From Gaiellales bacterium (lineage in GTDB: Bacteria > Actinomycetota > Thermoleophilia > Gaiellales > JAICJC01), in NCBI GenBank assembly GCA_035695105.1, contig DASSEV010000020.1, positions 73-64,072 on the forward strand: a stretch of DNA of 64,000 nt, written 5' to 3'. The notes beneath the pieces are model-generated. The model made no database searches, was not told where the DNA came from, and was given only the letters and a program-made list of their open reading frames with translations. Positions 49,840 to 58,157 of this stretch are shown here, piece after piece (position 1 is the stretch's first letter; the number at the start of each line of letters is the position of its first letter). A program made the position numbers and the translations under genes.

Positions 49840-50834
49840 TGCGACATCGGTGGACGGCGCTGGCCCTGACGGCCCTGCTGGCCGTGGTCGTCGCCGGCGC
49901 GGCGCCCGCTCGCGGCGCGACAGCCGGCCTGGAGGGCGTTCCGGCGTTCGGGAAGGTCTTCGTCATCGTGGGTGAGAACACGGATCTGTCCGCCCTCACC
50001 CCGAAGAACGCGCCCTACCAGCTCTCGACGGTCGCCCGGTCCTCCGCCTGGTTCACGAGCTACTTCGCAACCACGCACTGGTCGGGTGCGAACTACATCG
50101 CGATGACGAGCGGCCAGTACATCCACTGCGAGCAGGAGGACATCGCTCCGGCAGACTGTCACCAGGACGTGAACAACCTGTTCCACCAGCTGGACGTCGC
50201 CGGCGTGTCGTGGAAGGAGTGGAACGAGTCGATGCCCGAGCCGTGCGCGCTCACGAGCTCCGGCACGAGCAAGGACGGCAACAGCTACCGGGTCAAGCAC
50301 AACCCTGCCGTCTACTACGCCGACGTCGAGGGCGCCGGCGGCGTCTGGTCGGCGACGCACCGCTCTGCGGAGTGCCTGTCCCACGTCGTGGCGACCGGAT
50401 CCACAGGCGTCAACGACATGAGCCGGTTCAACCGCTCGCTTGCGGCGGGGTCGGTGCCCCGCTTCAACTTCATCGTCCCCAACCAGTGCGAGGACGGCCA
50501 CGACAACTGCAAACCGACCGGTGGCGTGATCACCCAGTTCGACGACTTCCTCGCCCGTGAGGTGCCAGCCATCATGCGGTCGCCCTCGTGGGACGCATCC
50601 AGCGTGATCGTGATCGTCTACGACGAGGGCCAGAGCGGCGGCCCGAACAACGGGACGAAGTTCGGCGGCGGCAACGTCCCCTTCGCGGTGATGGGTCCGC
50701 TCGTCCACCCCGCTGTGTACACGCAGCTCAACAACCACTACGGGCTGCTGCGGACGCTCGAGGACGGGTTCGGGATCGCTCGGCACCTCGCCGGGGCGTC
50801 GGAGGCGGCGCCGATGTCGCAGATCTGGAGGTGA
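49836..50834 (+). CDS. Secreted phosphoesterase family protein (second PLC/acid-phosphatase-type paralogue)
   Basis: ATG 49836 overlaps the agmatinase stop (ATGA). Signal peptide MMRHRWTALALTALLAVVVAGAAPARG. Motifs FVIVGENTD, KHNP, FIVPNQCEDGHD and IVYDEG. Confidence 0.72.
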   Translation: MMRHRWTALALTALLAVVVAGAAPARGATAGLEGVPAFGKVFVIVGENTDLSALTPKNAPYQLSTVARSSAWFTSYFATTHWSGANYIAMTSGQYIHCEQEDIAPADCHQDVNNLFHQLDVAGVSWKEWNESMPEPCALTSSGTSKDGNSYRVKHNPAVYYADVEGAGGVWSATHRSAECLSHVVATGSTGVNDMSRFNRSLAAGSVPRFNFIVPNQCEDGHDNCKPTGGVITQFDDFLAREVPAIMRSPSWDASSVIVIVYDEGQSGGPNNGTKFGGGNVPFAVMGPLVHPAVYTQLNNHYGLLRTLEDGFGIARHLAGASEAAPMSQIWR

Positions 50835-50850
50835 CGACCTGCGCCCGGCC

Positions 50851-51171
50851 TCAGCCGAGGTCGGCGGCGACCACCGTCTCGGTCAGCCACATCGCGCCCA
50901 GCTCGAGCGCTCCGGTCAGCATGGCCCGTTCCCGGCTCTCGGGGGAGTCGAGCCTGCCCATCATCTGCTCGGCGGCGCCGCGATCCTCGAAGTAGAGCGC
51001 GACCTCGGTCTCGCTCGGATCGTCCGCCGAGCGGGAGATGGTGTAGGTCCGCACCCCGGCCTCGCGCAGCGCCCGCGCGATTCCGGCCAGCCGGTCGACC
51101 ACGTCGTCCACCTCGCTCACCCGGCGGCGGATGGTCAGGCGGAACCTGGCCGGCGCGTCCGGCTCGGTCAC
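50851..51171 (-). CDS. Hypothetical small protein (106 aa), possibly a dimeric alpha/beta-barrel
   Basis: Track ORF 50851..51228 trimmed to GTG 51171, which overlaps the GST stop (GTGA). No diagnostic motif. Confidence 0.4.
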   Translation of the reverse strand: MTEPDAPARFRLTIRRRVSEVDDVVDRLAGIARALREAGVRTYTISRSADDPSETEVALYFEDRGAAEQMMGRLDSPESRERAMLTGALELGAMWLTETVVAADLG

Positions 51172-51776
51172 GCCTGCTCGCCGTCGATGGTGACGTGTCC
51201 CGGCTGCGAGCGAACCCGCTCCAGCCATGCCGCGATCGCGGGGTACCGGCCCATGTCGAAGCCGCCCTCGTCGGCGACGTGGGTGTAGCCGTAGAGCGCG
51301 ATGTCGGCGAGCGTGTAGCGGTCGCCCACGAGGAACGACCGGCCGGCGAGATGCCGCTCCATGGCGTCAAGCGTGCGGTACCCCGCCTCCTGCTTCGCCG
51401 GCAGCTGGTCGGCCCACCGCTCCGGCGTGCCCGAGACGCTCAGCCAGAACCGGGCGACCGCGATGTTGGGCTCGAGGTCGTACTGCTCGAAGAACATCCA
51501 CTGCAGCATCTGCGCGCGCTCGAACCGGTCATCCGGGATCAGCGCCGTGCCGTCGGCCAGATGGAGCAGGATCGCGCCCGACTCCCCGAGCGACCGGCCG
51601 TCGTCGAGCACGAGGGTCGGCACGCGCAGCGCCGGGTTCAGCCCGCCCAGCACCTGCGGGCGGTTGCTGCGGTCGATCACGTCGAGCTCGACGAGCTCGA
51701 GCTCGAGTCCGAGCTGTGCCGCCGCCAGCCGCACCTTGTAGCAGTTGCCGGAGACCTGCGAGTTGTAGAGCCGCAT
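51168..51776 (-). CDS. Glutathione S-transferase
   Basis: N-terminal thioredoxin-like domain (MRLYNSQVSGNCYKVR, RVPTLVLDDGRSLGESGAI) followed by a C-terminal helical domain. Confidence 0.85.
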   Translation of the reverse strand: MRLYNSQVSGNCYKVRLAAAQLGLELELVELDVIDRSNRPQVLGGLNPALRVPTLVLDDGRSLGESGAILLHLADGTALIPDDRFERAQMLQWMFFEQYDLEPNIAVARFWLSVSGTPERWADQLPAKQEAGYRTLDAMERHLAGRSFLVGDRYTLADIALYGYTHVADEGGFDMGRYPAIAAWLERVRSQPGHVTIDGEQA

Positions 51777-51790
51777 GCGGACGCATCGCC

Positions 51791-51818
51791 GCCCGGGCGC
51801 GCGGGGGCGCGCCCGGGC
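51791..51818 (-). terminator. GC stem-loop between the peroxiredoxin and GST genes
   Basis: GCCCGGGCGCGC-GGGG-GCGCGCCCGGGC: 12-bp perfect stem. No U-tract, so it could be a terminator, attenuator or processing site. Confidence 0.4.
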
Positions 51819-51826
51819 CTGCGCGA

Positions 51827-52504
51827 TCAGGAAACGCCGGCCTTCTCGCTGTCCGGCTGGGGGACGATGCGGATGTAGGGCTTCGGCTCGTCCCAGCTGC
51901 CGAAGAGCTCCTTGGCCTGGTCGTTGTTGACCGAGCCGGCGATGATCACGTCCTCGCCGGGCTGCCAGTTGACCGGGGTCGAGACCTTGTGGTTCGCGGT
52001 CAGCTGCAGCGAGTCGATCACCCGCAGCACCTCGTCGAAGTTGCGGCCGGTGGTCATCGGGTAGACCAGGATCAGCTTGACCTTCTTGTCGGGCCCGATC
52101 ACGAACACGTTGCGGACGGTCTGGTTGTCCGCCGCCGTCCGGTCGGCCGGGTCGCCCGAGACGTCCGCCCCGAGCATGCCGTAGGCCTTCGAGATGCTGA
52201 AGTCGGCATCGCCGATGATCGGGTAGTTGACGGTGCTGCCCTGCGTCTCCTCGATGTCCTTCGCCCAGCCCTCGTGCTTCTCGACGGGGTCGACGGACAG
52301 CCCGATGATCTTGACGCCGCGGCGGTCGAACTCCGGCTTGATCTTGGCCATGTAGCCCAGCTCGGTCGTGCAGACCGGGGTGAAGTTCTTTGGATGCGAG
52401 AACAGCACGGCCCAGGAATCACCGATCCAGTCGTGGAATCGGATCCGGCCCTCCGTGGTGTCGGCCTCGAAATCGGGCGCGGTATCGCCCAGTGAAAGTC
52501 CCAT
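51827..52504 (-). CDS. 1-Cys peroxiredoxin (Prx6 type)
   Basis: GAGGAGGAA RBS. Track ORF trimmed to ATG 52504. Peroxidatic Cys motif FTPVCTTE plus the WAVLFSHPKNF and VIDSLQLT motifs. Confidence 0.9.
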   Translation of the reverse strand: MGLSLGDTAPDFEADTTEGRIRFHDWIGDSWAVLFSHPKNFTPVCTTELGYMAKIKPEFDRRGVKIIGLSVDPVEKHEGWAKDIEETQGSTVNYPIIGDADFSISKAYGMLGADVSGDPADRTAADNQTVRNVFVIGPDKKVKLILVYPMTTGRNFDEVLRVIDSLQLTANHKVSTPVNWQPGEDVIIAGSVNNDQAKELFGSWDEPKPYIRIVPQPDSEKAGVS

Positions 52505-52547
52505 CTGTTCCTCCTCTTGTGGTGGCCGGATATTACTCCCAGAAGGA

Positions 52548-52561
52548 GTTTGGATCCAAAC
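52548..52561. promoter_or_regulatory. Perfect 14-bp palindrome GTTTGGATCCAAAC in a divergent promoter region
   Basis: Sits in the locally AT-richer 112-bp spacer between the peroxiredoxin (-) and acyl-CoA synthetase (+) starts. Candidate operator; the regulator is unknown. Confidence 0.3.
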
Positions 52562-52616
52562 GCCAGGTGGCCGCGGGAGTAGGGTCGCAGACGACCAGCG
52601 TCCACCGGAGGGGATC

Positions 52617-54188
52617 ATGAGCAACGACCGCTACGCGCAGCTCTGCGCCGAGCACGTGTGGGACGTGCCCGAGCGCTACAACATCGCCGCGGACGTCTGT
52701 GACAAGCATCCCCATGACAAGCCGGCGATGGTGTGGGAGAGCTTCGACGGCAGTCGGCGTGAGCTGGTGTGGGGCGACCTCCAGGACCTTGCCAACCAGG
52801 CCGCGCACACGCTCGCCTCGCACGGTGTCGAGCGGGGTGACCGCGTCGCGGTCGTGCTGCCGCCCGTCCCCGAGACCGCCGCCGTGTTCTTCGGCACCTG
52901 GAAGCTCGGCGCAATCCTGCTCTCGCTCTCCCTGCTCTACGGCGACGAGGCGATCCAGCACCGGCTGTCCGACTCCGGCGCCCGGCTGGTCGTCACCGAC
53001 GCCGCCTCGGCGCCGCGCTTCCCGGCCGGCGCCGGGTACGACGTGCTGGTGCTCGGCGCCGACGGCTTCGGCGACGCCCCGTGCGACCACGTCTCGTGCG
53101 ACACCTCCGCCGACGACCCGGCGCAGCTCTACTACACCTCGGGCACCACCGGCCTCGCGAAGGGCGTCGTGCACGCCCACCGTTACCTGCTCGGCCACGA
53201 GGAGTTCATCTACTCCCACGAGGTGCAGGACGGCGAGTCGTTCCACGGCATGGGCGAGTGGGCGTGGGCGGCCGGCATCGCGCCGCTGCTCGGGCCGTGG
53301 CGTCTGGGCGCCGTCCAGTACGTCTACCGCCGGGAGGCCGGCTTCGATCCACACCGCCAGCTCGACTTCCTCAGCCGAAACCAGGTCTCGAACGTGTTCA
53401 CGACGCCGACGGCGATGCGGGCGATGATGGCGATCGAGGACGCGGGCACCCGCTACCCGCAGCGGTTCCGCCGCGTGTGCTCGGCCGGCGAGCCGCTGAA
53501 CCCGGAGGCGATCCGCTGGTTCCGCGAGCAGTACGGCGTCACGGTGCTCGACTACTACGGCCTGACTGAGTCCTATCCACTCGCGGCCAACTACCCGTGG
53601 CACCCGGTGCGCGAGGGATCGATGGGGCTGCCGATGCCGGGCTGGGACGTACAGATCCTGGACGAGGACGAGCGACCGGTGGAGCGGGGCGAGCGCGGAG
53701 AGATCTGCCTGAGGGCGCGCTCGAATCCGCACTACCCGCTCGGGTACTGGAACCGCCCGGAGGACTCGGAGCAGGTGTTCGGCGGGGAGTGGTTCCACAC
53801 CAAGGACGCCGCCCGCCAGGACGAGGACGGGTACATCTGGTACGAGGGCCGCGCCGACGACGTGATCATCTCGGCCGGCTACCGGATCGGCCCGTTCGAG
53901 GTCGAGTCCTCCTGCCTCGAGCATCCGGCCGTGCGGGAGGCGGCCGTGGTCGCCTCACCGGACGAGCTGCGCGGCAATGTGGTCAAGGCGTTCATCGTCC
54001 TGGCCGAGGGGACGGAGCCGTCGGACGAGCTGGCCTCCGAGATCCAGCAGCACGTCAGGCAGCACCTCTCGGCGTACGCCTACCCTCGGCGGATCGAGTT
54101 CGTCGACGACCTCCCAAAGACGCTGACCGGGAAGATCCGGCGTGTGCTGCTGCGGCAGCGGGAGCTGGATCGAGCCGCTGCGCGGTAG
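52617..54188 (+). CDS. AMP-dependent acyl-CoA synthetase/ligase (medium-chain type)
   Basis: Track ORF trimmed to ATG 52617. AMP-binding motif YYTSGTTGLAKG plus YGLTE, GYRIGPFEVE and PKTLTGKIRR. Confidence 0.85.
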   Translation: MSNDRYAQLCAEHVWDVPERYNIAADVCDKHPHDKPAMVWESFDGSRRELVWGDLQDLANQAAHTLASHGVERGDRVAVVLPPVPETAAVFFGTWKLGAILLSLSLLYGDEAIQHRLSDSGARLVVTDAASAPRFPAGAGYDVLVLGADGFGDAPCDHVSCDTSADDPAQLYYTSGTTGLAKGVVHAHRYLLGHEEFIYSHEVQDGESFHGMGEWAWAAGIAPLLGPWRLGAVQYVYRREAGFDPHRQLDFLSRNQVSNVFTTPTAMRAMMAIEDAGTRYPQRFRRVCSAGEPLNPEAIRWFREQYGVTVLDYYGLTESYPLAANYPWHPVREGSMGLPMPGWDVQILDEDERPVERGERGEICLRARSNPHYPLGYWNRPEDSEQVFGGEWFHTKDAARQDEDGYIWYEGRADDVIISAGYRIGPFEVESSCLEHPAVREAAVVASPDELRGNVVKAFIVLAEGTEPSDELASEIQQHVRQHLSAYAYPRRIEFVDDLPKTLTGKIRRVLLRQRELDRAAAR

Positions 54189-54264
54189 ATGAGCGAGCAC
54201 CGTGCCGGCAGCTTGAGCAACGGTGCGGTCACGACCGGTCACAACGTCGAAACACGAACGCCGG

Positions 54265-54295
54265 TGAACCAAGAGTGCCTGGCACTCTTGGTTCA
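54265..54295. terminator. Bidirectional stem-loop between convergent genes
   Basis: TGAACCAAGAGTGCC-T-GGCACTCTTGGTTCA: 15-bp inverted repeat between stops at 54188 (+) and 54322 (-). Confidence 0.6.
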
Positions 54296-54321
54296 TACGC
54301 GCTGGTCGTGGACGTTGCCCT

Positions 54322-55938
54322 CTATCGCTCGATTGTTCCCAGCAGCTCGCCGAGCTCGCGGGTGTTCAGCACAGCCGAGCGCGGCGCGCCGCCGCGCCGC
54401 GCGGTGTGCACGGCGTAGAGCATGCTGTCCAGACCCGCGACGGAGTGCGCGTCGCTCGAGCAGACGATCCGGACGCCCGCCGAGATCGCCTCGCTGACGT
54501 GTGCGCCCGACAGGTCGAGGCGGCTCGGCAGGCCGTTCACTTCGAGGGCAACGCCGGTCTCGATCGCCGCCTCGATCGTCCGTTCCAGGTCGAGCCGGTT
54601 CTCGGGCCGGTGGCCGATGATGCGTCCCGTCGGGTGGCTGAGGCACCGAGCCGAGGGGTGGTGCATCGCGTGCAGAACGCGCGCCGTCAGCTCCGCCCGC
54701 CGGGTGCGCTGGCCGGCGTGCACCGAGATCTGCACCCAGTCCAGCTCGGCGAGCACGTCGTCCGGCAGATCGAGCCGGCCGTCGGGGAGGATGTTGCACT
54801 CGGTGCCCCGCAGGACGCGGAACGGCGCCAGCTCCGCGTTCACCGCGTCGACCTCTTCGGCCTGCCGCCGCAGCGCATCCGCATCCAGCCCGGGAACCAC
54901 CCCGACGTTCGTGGTGTGGTCGCAGACGGCGACGTAGTCGTATCCGCGCGCGATCGCCGCCTCGGCCAGCTGGCGCACGGTGGCCCTGCCGTCCGACCAG
55001 GTCGTGTGGCAGTGCAGGTCGCCGCGGATGTCCGCGGGCTCGACCAGGTCGACCGGCGGCGGCGATGCCCGCTCCTCACGCAGCTCCGGCGGCACGTAGG
55101 GCAGGCCGATCTTCCGGAACAGGCGCTCCTCGTCCGGGACGGCCGGCAGGGGCTCCAGCGCGGCGACGTACTCCGGGGCTCCGGTGGCGCGCACGAGTGC
55201 CGTGCCGAGCTCGGCCGGCGCTGTGGTCACGAGCTCGACGGCGGTGCCGTCGACGGTGACGCCGATCGACGGCCCGATCAATGCGACGATCTCGGGCAGC
55301 TCGGCAAACCGTGCCAGAGCGTCCTCCGGGCTGTCGGTGGCGACGACCACTGCCAGCCTCGCCGGCGTGTCCACCCAGCGGCGCGTATCGCCCGCCGCGA
55401 TGCCGTCGAGGGCTACGGCGATCCGCGAGCAGACCTCGCGGGCCTGATGGAGCAGCAGGCTGCCGGCAGGGCGCACTGAGGGAGCGTCGAGCGCGGCCAG
55501 GATGGACGCCTCGGTACTCGGCCCGATTCCCGGCACCTCACGCAGCCGGCCGCGCTCCGCGGCGTCCCGCAGCTCGACGACCGTGCGGATGCCGAGCGCG
55601 GCACCGATGTCCACGAAGCGCTTCGCGGTGAATCCGTGCATGCGTCCGAACGCCGCCAGCTCCAGCGAGACCGAGTTGCGCAGCTCGTCGAGCTCCGCGA
55701 TCCGGCCCGTCTCGACCAGCTCCGTCAGCCGCTGCTCGATCCCGGGGCCGATGCCGCGGAGCCGGCGCACCCGCCCCTCGCGGACGAGCGCTGCCACGTC
55801 GACCGGCGTTTCCCGGATCAGCCCGGCCGCGCGCCTGTATGCCCGAGTCGCATAGCTGTTCGCGCCCGACACGTCCAGCAGCGCGGCATATTCGTCAAGC
55901 GCTGCTGCGAGCTCTGGGTTGCCCGGTGAAGAGGCCAT
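54322..55938 (-). CDS. polX: PolX-family protein with a C-terminal PHP phosphoesterase domain (polymerase catalytic motif appears degenerate)
   Basis: N-terminal HhH/8-kDa-like and fingers regions (LRGIGPGIEQRL, VPGIGPSTEA). The palm position reads AAGDTRRWVDTPARLAVVV instead of GS.RR....DxD. The PHP domain is intact (DLHCHTTWSDG, VCDH, SDAH). Confidence 0.82.
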   Translation of the reverse strand: MASSPGNPELAAALDEYAALLDVSGANSYATRAYRRAAGLIRETPVDVAALVREGRVRRLRGIGPGIEQRLTELVETGRIAELDELRNSVSLELAAFGRMHGFTAKRFVDIGAALGIRTVVELRDAAERGRLREVPGIGPSTEASILAALDAPSVRPAGSLLLHQAREVCSRIAVALDGIAAGDTRRWVDTPARLAVVVATDSPEDALARFAELPEIVALIGPSIGVTVDGTAVELVTTAPAELGTALVRATGAPEYVAALEPLPAVPDEERLFRKIGLPYVPPELREERASPPPVDLVEPADIRGDLHCHTTWSDGRATVRQLAEAAIARGYDYVAVCDHTTNVGVVPGLDADALRRQAEEVDAVNAELAPFRVLRGTECNILPDGRLDLPDDVLAELDWVQISVHAGQRTRRAELTARVLHAMHHPSARCLSHPTGRIIGHRPENRLDLERTIEAAIETGVALEVNGLPSRLDLSGAHVSEAISAGVRIVCSSDAHSVAGLDSMLYAVHTARRGGAPRSAVLNTRELGELLGTIER

Positions 55939-55947
55939 CCGCCCACA

Positions 55948-57240
55948 TCATGGCCGGATCCCCTCCGGCAGCGCATCGCCGTGGGCCGCGATCAGGTCGT
56001 CGACCATCGCCTCGATCCGGGCCGGCGAGAGGGTGGCTGCCGTGTTGGGATCGAGCAGCGCGGCGTGCAGGACGTGCTCGCGGCTTCCCTCGAGAGCGGC
56101 GCGGACGGTCAGCTCGCAGACGTTCAGGAACGTCCGGTTGAGGGCGGCCAGCTGCGGCGGCAGGTCGCCGATCTGCCGCGGATGCAGCCCCTGCCCATCG
56201 ACGACGCACGGCACCTCGACGCATGCCATCGCCGGCAGGTTGGTGATCAGTCCGTCGTTCGGGACGTTGCCGTAGATCTCGCGCGGCTCTCCGGTGAGGA
56301 TCGAGTGGATGATCAGCGAGGCGTACTCGAGGCTGCGCTCGATCTCGAACGGCTCGGCCGCCGCCAGCTTGCGCCGCATCTCCTCGTACAGCTCGAGGTT
56401 CTCCTCGCTGCGCCGGACGTACTCGTCGACGGGGACACGGAACTCCTCGATCAGTGCGTCGTCGTGCATGAAGTAGGGCAGGTACTCGGCGGAGTGCTCG
56501 CTCGACTCGGTCGGAAACCGCCCGAACCGCCGGTACATCTCCACCCGGACACGGCGGCGCAGCTCCGGGTCGCGGGCGATCGTCTCGTCCAGCCGCGGGT
56601 AGAGATCCTCGCCGTTCCGTTCGAACTGCAGGATCCAGGCCTGGTGGTTGACACCCGCGCCGAGGTAGGTCACCTGCTCGTAGGGCACGCCGACCAGCTC
56701 CGCCAGCTGCCGCGTCGTGTGCTGCACCGAGTGGCAGAGACCGACGACACGCGTGATCGGAGTGCCGGCATAGGTCGCCCAGCAGAGCATCGCCATCGGG
56801 TTCGTGTAGTTGAGCAGCCAGGCCTGAGGGCACAGCTCGGCCATGTCTGCCGCGATCCCCTGCATCACCGGGATCGTCCGCAGGGCCCGGAAGATGCCGC
56901 CGATCCCGAGCGTGTCGCCGATGGTCTGGCGGACGCCGTGGCGGGCCGGCACCTCGAAGTCGATCAGCGTGGCCGCATGGCCGCCGACCTGGATCATGTT
57001 GACCACGTGGTCGCAGCCGTCGAGCGCCGCGCGCCGCTCGAGGTGCGCCTCGATGGTTGCCGGGGCGCCCAGTTCGCGTGCCGTCCAGCCGGCCATCGCC
57101 TCTGCCGCCTCCAGGCGCTCGCGATCGATGTCGTGCAGGGCGATGGTGGCGTCGGCGAGCTCAGGGAAGGTGAGGATGTCGCCGAGCAGGTCTCGGGTGA
57201 ACTCCACGCTCCCTGCGCCGACGAAGGCGATCCGTGTCAT
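55948..57240 (-). CDS. Glycoside hydrolase family 4 (NAD+/Mn2+-dependent alpha-glucosidase/alpha-galactosidase type)
   Basis: Track ORF trimmed to ATG 57240 (MTRIAFVGAGSVEF). Motifs NYTNPM, VGLCHSV and GVNHQAW. Confidence 0.85.
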   Translation of the reverse strand: MTRIAFVGAGSVEFTRDLLGDILTFPELADATIALHDIDRERLEAAEAMAGWTARELGAPATIEAHLERRAALDGCDHVVNMIQVGGHAATLIDFEVPARHGVRQTIGDTLGIGGIFRALRTIPVMQGIAADMAELCPQAWLLNYTNPMAMLCWATYAGTPITRVVGLCHSVQHTTRQLAELVGVPYEQVTYLGAGVNHQAWILQFERNGEDLYPRLDETIARDPELRRRVRVEMYRRFGRFPTESSEHSAEYLPYFMHDDALIEEFRVPVDEYVRRSEENLELYEEMRRKLAAAEPFEIERSLEYASLIIHSILTGEPREIYGNVPNDGLITNLPAMACVEVPCVVDGQGLHPRQIGDLPPQLAALNRTFLNVCELTVRAALEGSREHVLHAALLDPNTAATLSPARIEAMVDDLIAAHGDALPEGIRP

Positions 57241-57264
57241 GCGCGAAAGTGTTCCAGATCTGAT

Positions 57265-57277
57265 AGAAACGAGCAAG
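57265..57277 (+). promoter_or_regulatory. AGAAACGAGCAAG motif, shared with the SIS/DeoR divergent promoter
   Basis: The 9-mer AAACGAGCA (57267-57275) recurs exactly at 63785-63793. Both copies lie in AT-richer divergent spacers of the same sugar locus. Candidate DeoR operator. Confidence 0.3.
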
Positions 57278-57278
57278 A

Positions 57279-58151
57279 ATGTTCACGACAGCGGAGCAAC
57301 GAGCCATCGGCCAGCTGTCGGGGCCGGGGGGCCGGCTCGCGGTGCTGGCCGCCGACCAGCGCACCAAGCTGGTGGAGGCGCTCGACGGGGCCGGGCTGCC
57401 GAGCGATCTGGCATCGATGCAGGCCTTCAAGCTGGATCTGGTGGCCGCCATGGCGCCGCTCGCGCCGGCAATGCTCCTCGACCCCGAGATCGCGCTGCCC
57501 CACGTTGCCGACCGCGGCGCCCTGCCCGCCCGCACCGGTGTGCTGGTGTCGCTGGAGCGCAGCGGCTCGCGCCGCACGCGGGAGGGGCTGCGCACGGCCG
57601 AACTGCTTCCCGATGTCGGCGCATCGGGCGTGCGCGCACTCGGAGGAACCGGCGCGAAGCTGCTGATCCGGCTTCGCGCCGATCGCGAGGACGCGGACGG
57701 CGCCAACGGCGAGCTGCTCCGCCGCGCCGTGGCCGACTGCGCATCGCAGCACCTGCTGCTGATCGTCGAGGTGCTGATCTTCCGCCTCGACGACGAGTCG
57801 GAGGGGCGGTTCGCGGACCTGCGCCCGCAGCTGATCCGGGAGGCGGCGCTGCTCGCCGAGTCCTGCGGCGCCCGCTACCTGAAGCTCGAGTACCCGGGCT
57901 CCGAGGCTGCGTGCCGGGAGATCACCGACGCGCTGTCGTGCCCATGGGCGCTGCTGTCGGCCGGCGTCGACCACGAGACGTTCACCGGCCAGCTGCGCGC
58001 CGCTCTCACCGCCGGGGCATCGGGGTTCATCGCCGGCCGCTCGATCTGGAAGGAGGCGATGACGCTCACCGGCGCGGAGCGCCGCAGCTTCCTCGAGGGC
58101 GAGGCCCGCCGGCGGCTGGAGGAGCTGCTGGCCATCGCTGCGCGATACTGA
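57279..58151 (+). CDS. Class I aldolase of the LacD/YihT (tagatose-1,6-bisphosphate aldolase) family
   Basis: 290 aa. The LAADQR ... GAKLLIRL ... YLKLEYPG ... GFIAGRSIW pattern is typical of DeoC/LacD-family aldolases. Confidence 0.72.
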   Translation: MFTTAEQRAIGQLSGPGGRLAVLAADQRTKLVEALDGAGLPSDLASMQAFKLDLVAAMAPLAPAMLLDPEIALPHVADRGALPARTGVLVSLERSGSRRTREGLRTAELLPDVGASGVRALGGTGAKLLIRLRADREDADGANGELLRRAVADCASQHLLLIVEVLIFRLDDESEGRFADLRPQLIREAALLAESCGARYLKLEYPGSEAACREITDALSCPWALLSAGVDHETFTGQLRAALTAGASGFIAGRSIWKEAMTLTGAERRSFLEGEARRRLEELLAIAARY

Positions 58152-58157
58152 CGCGTC

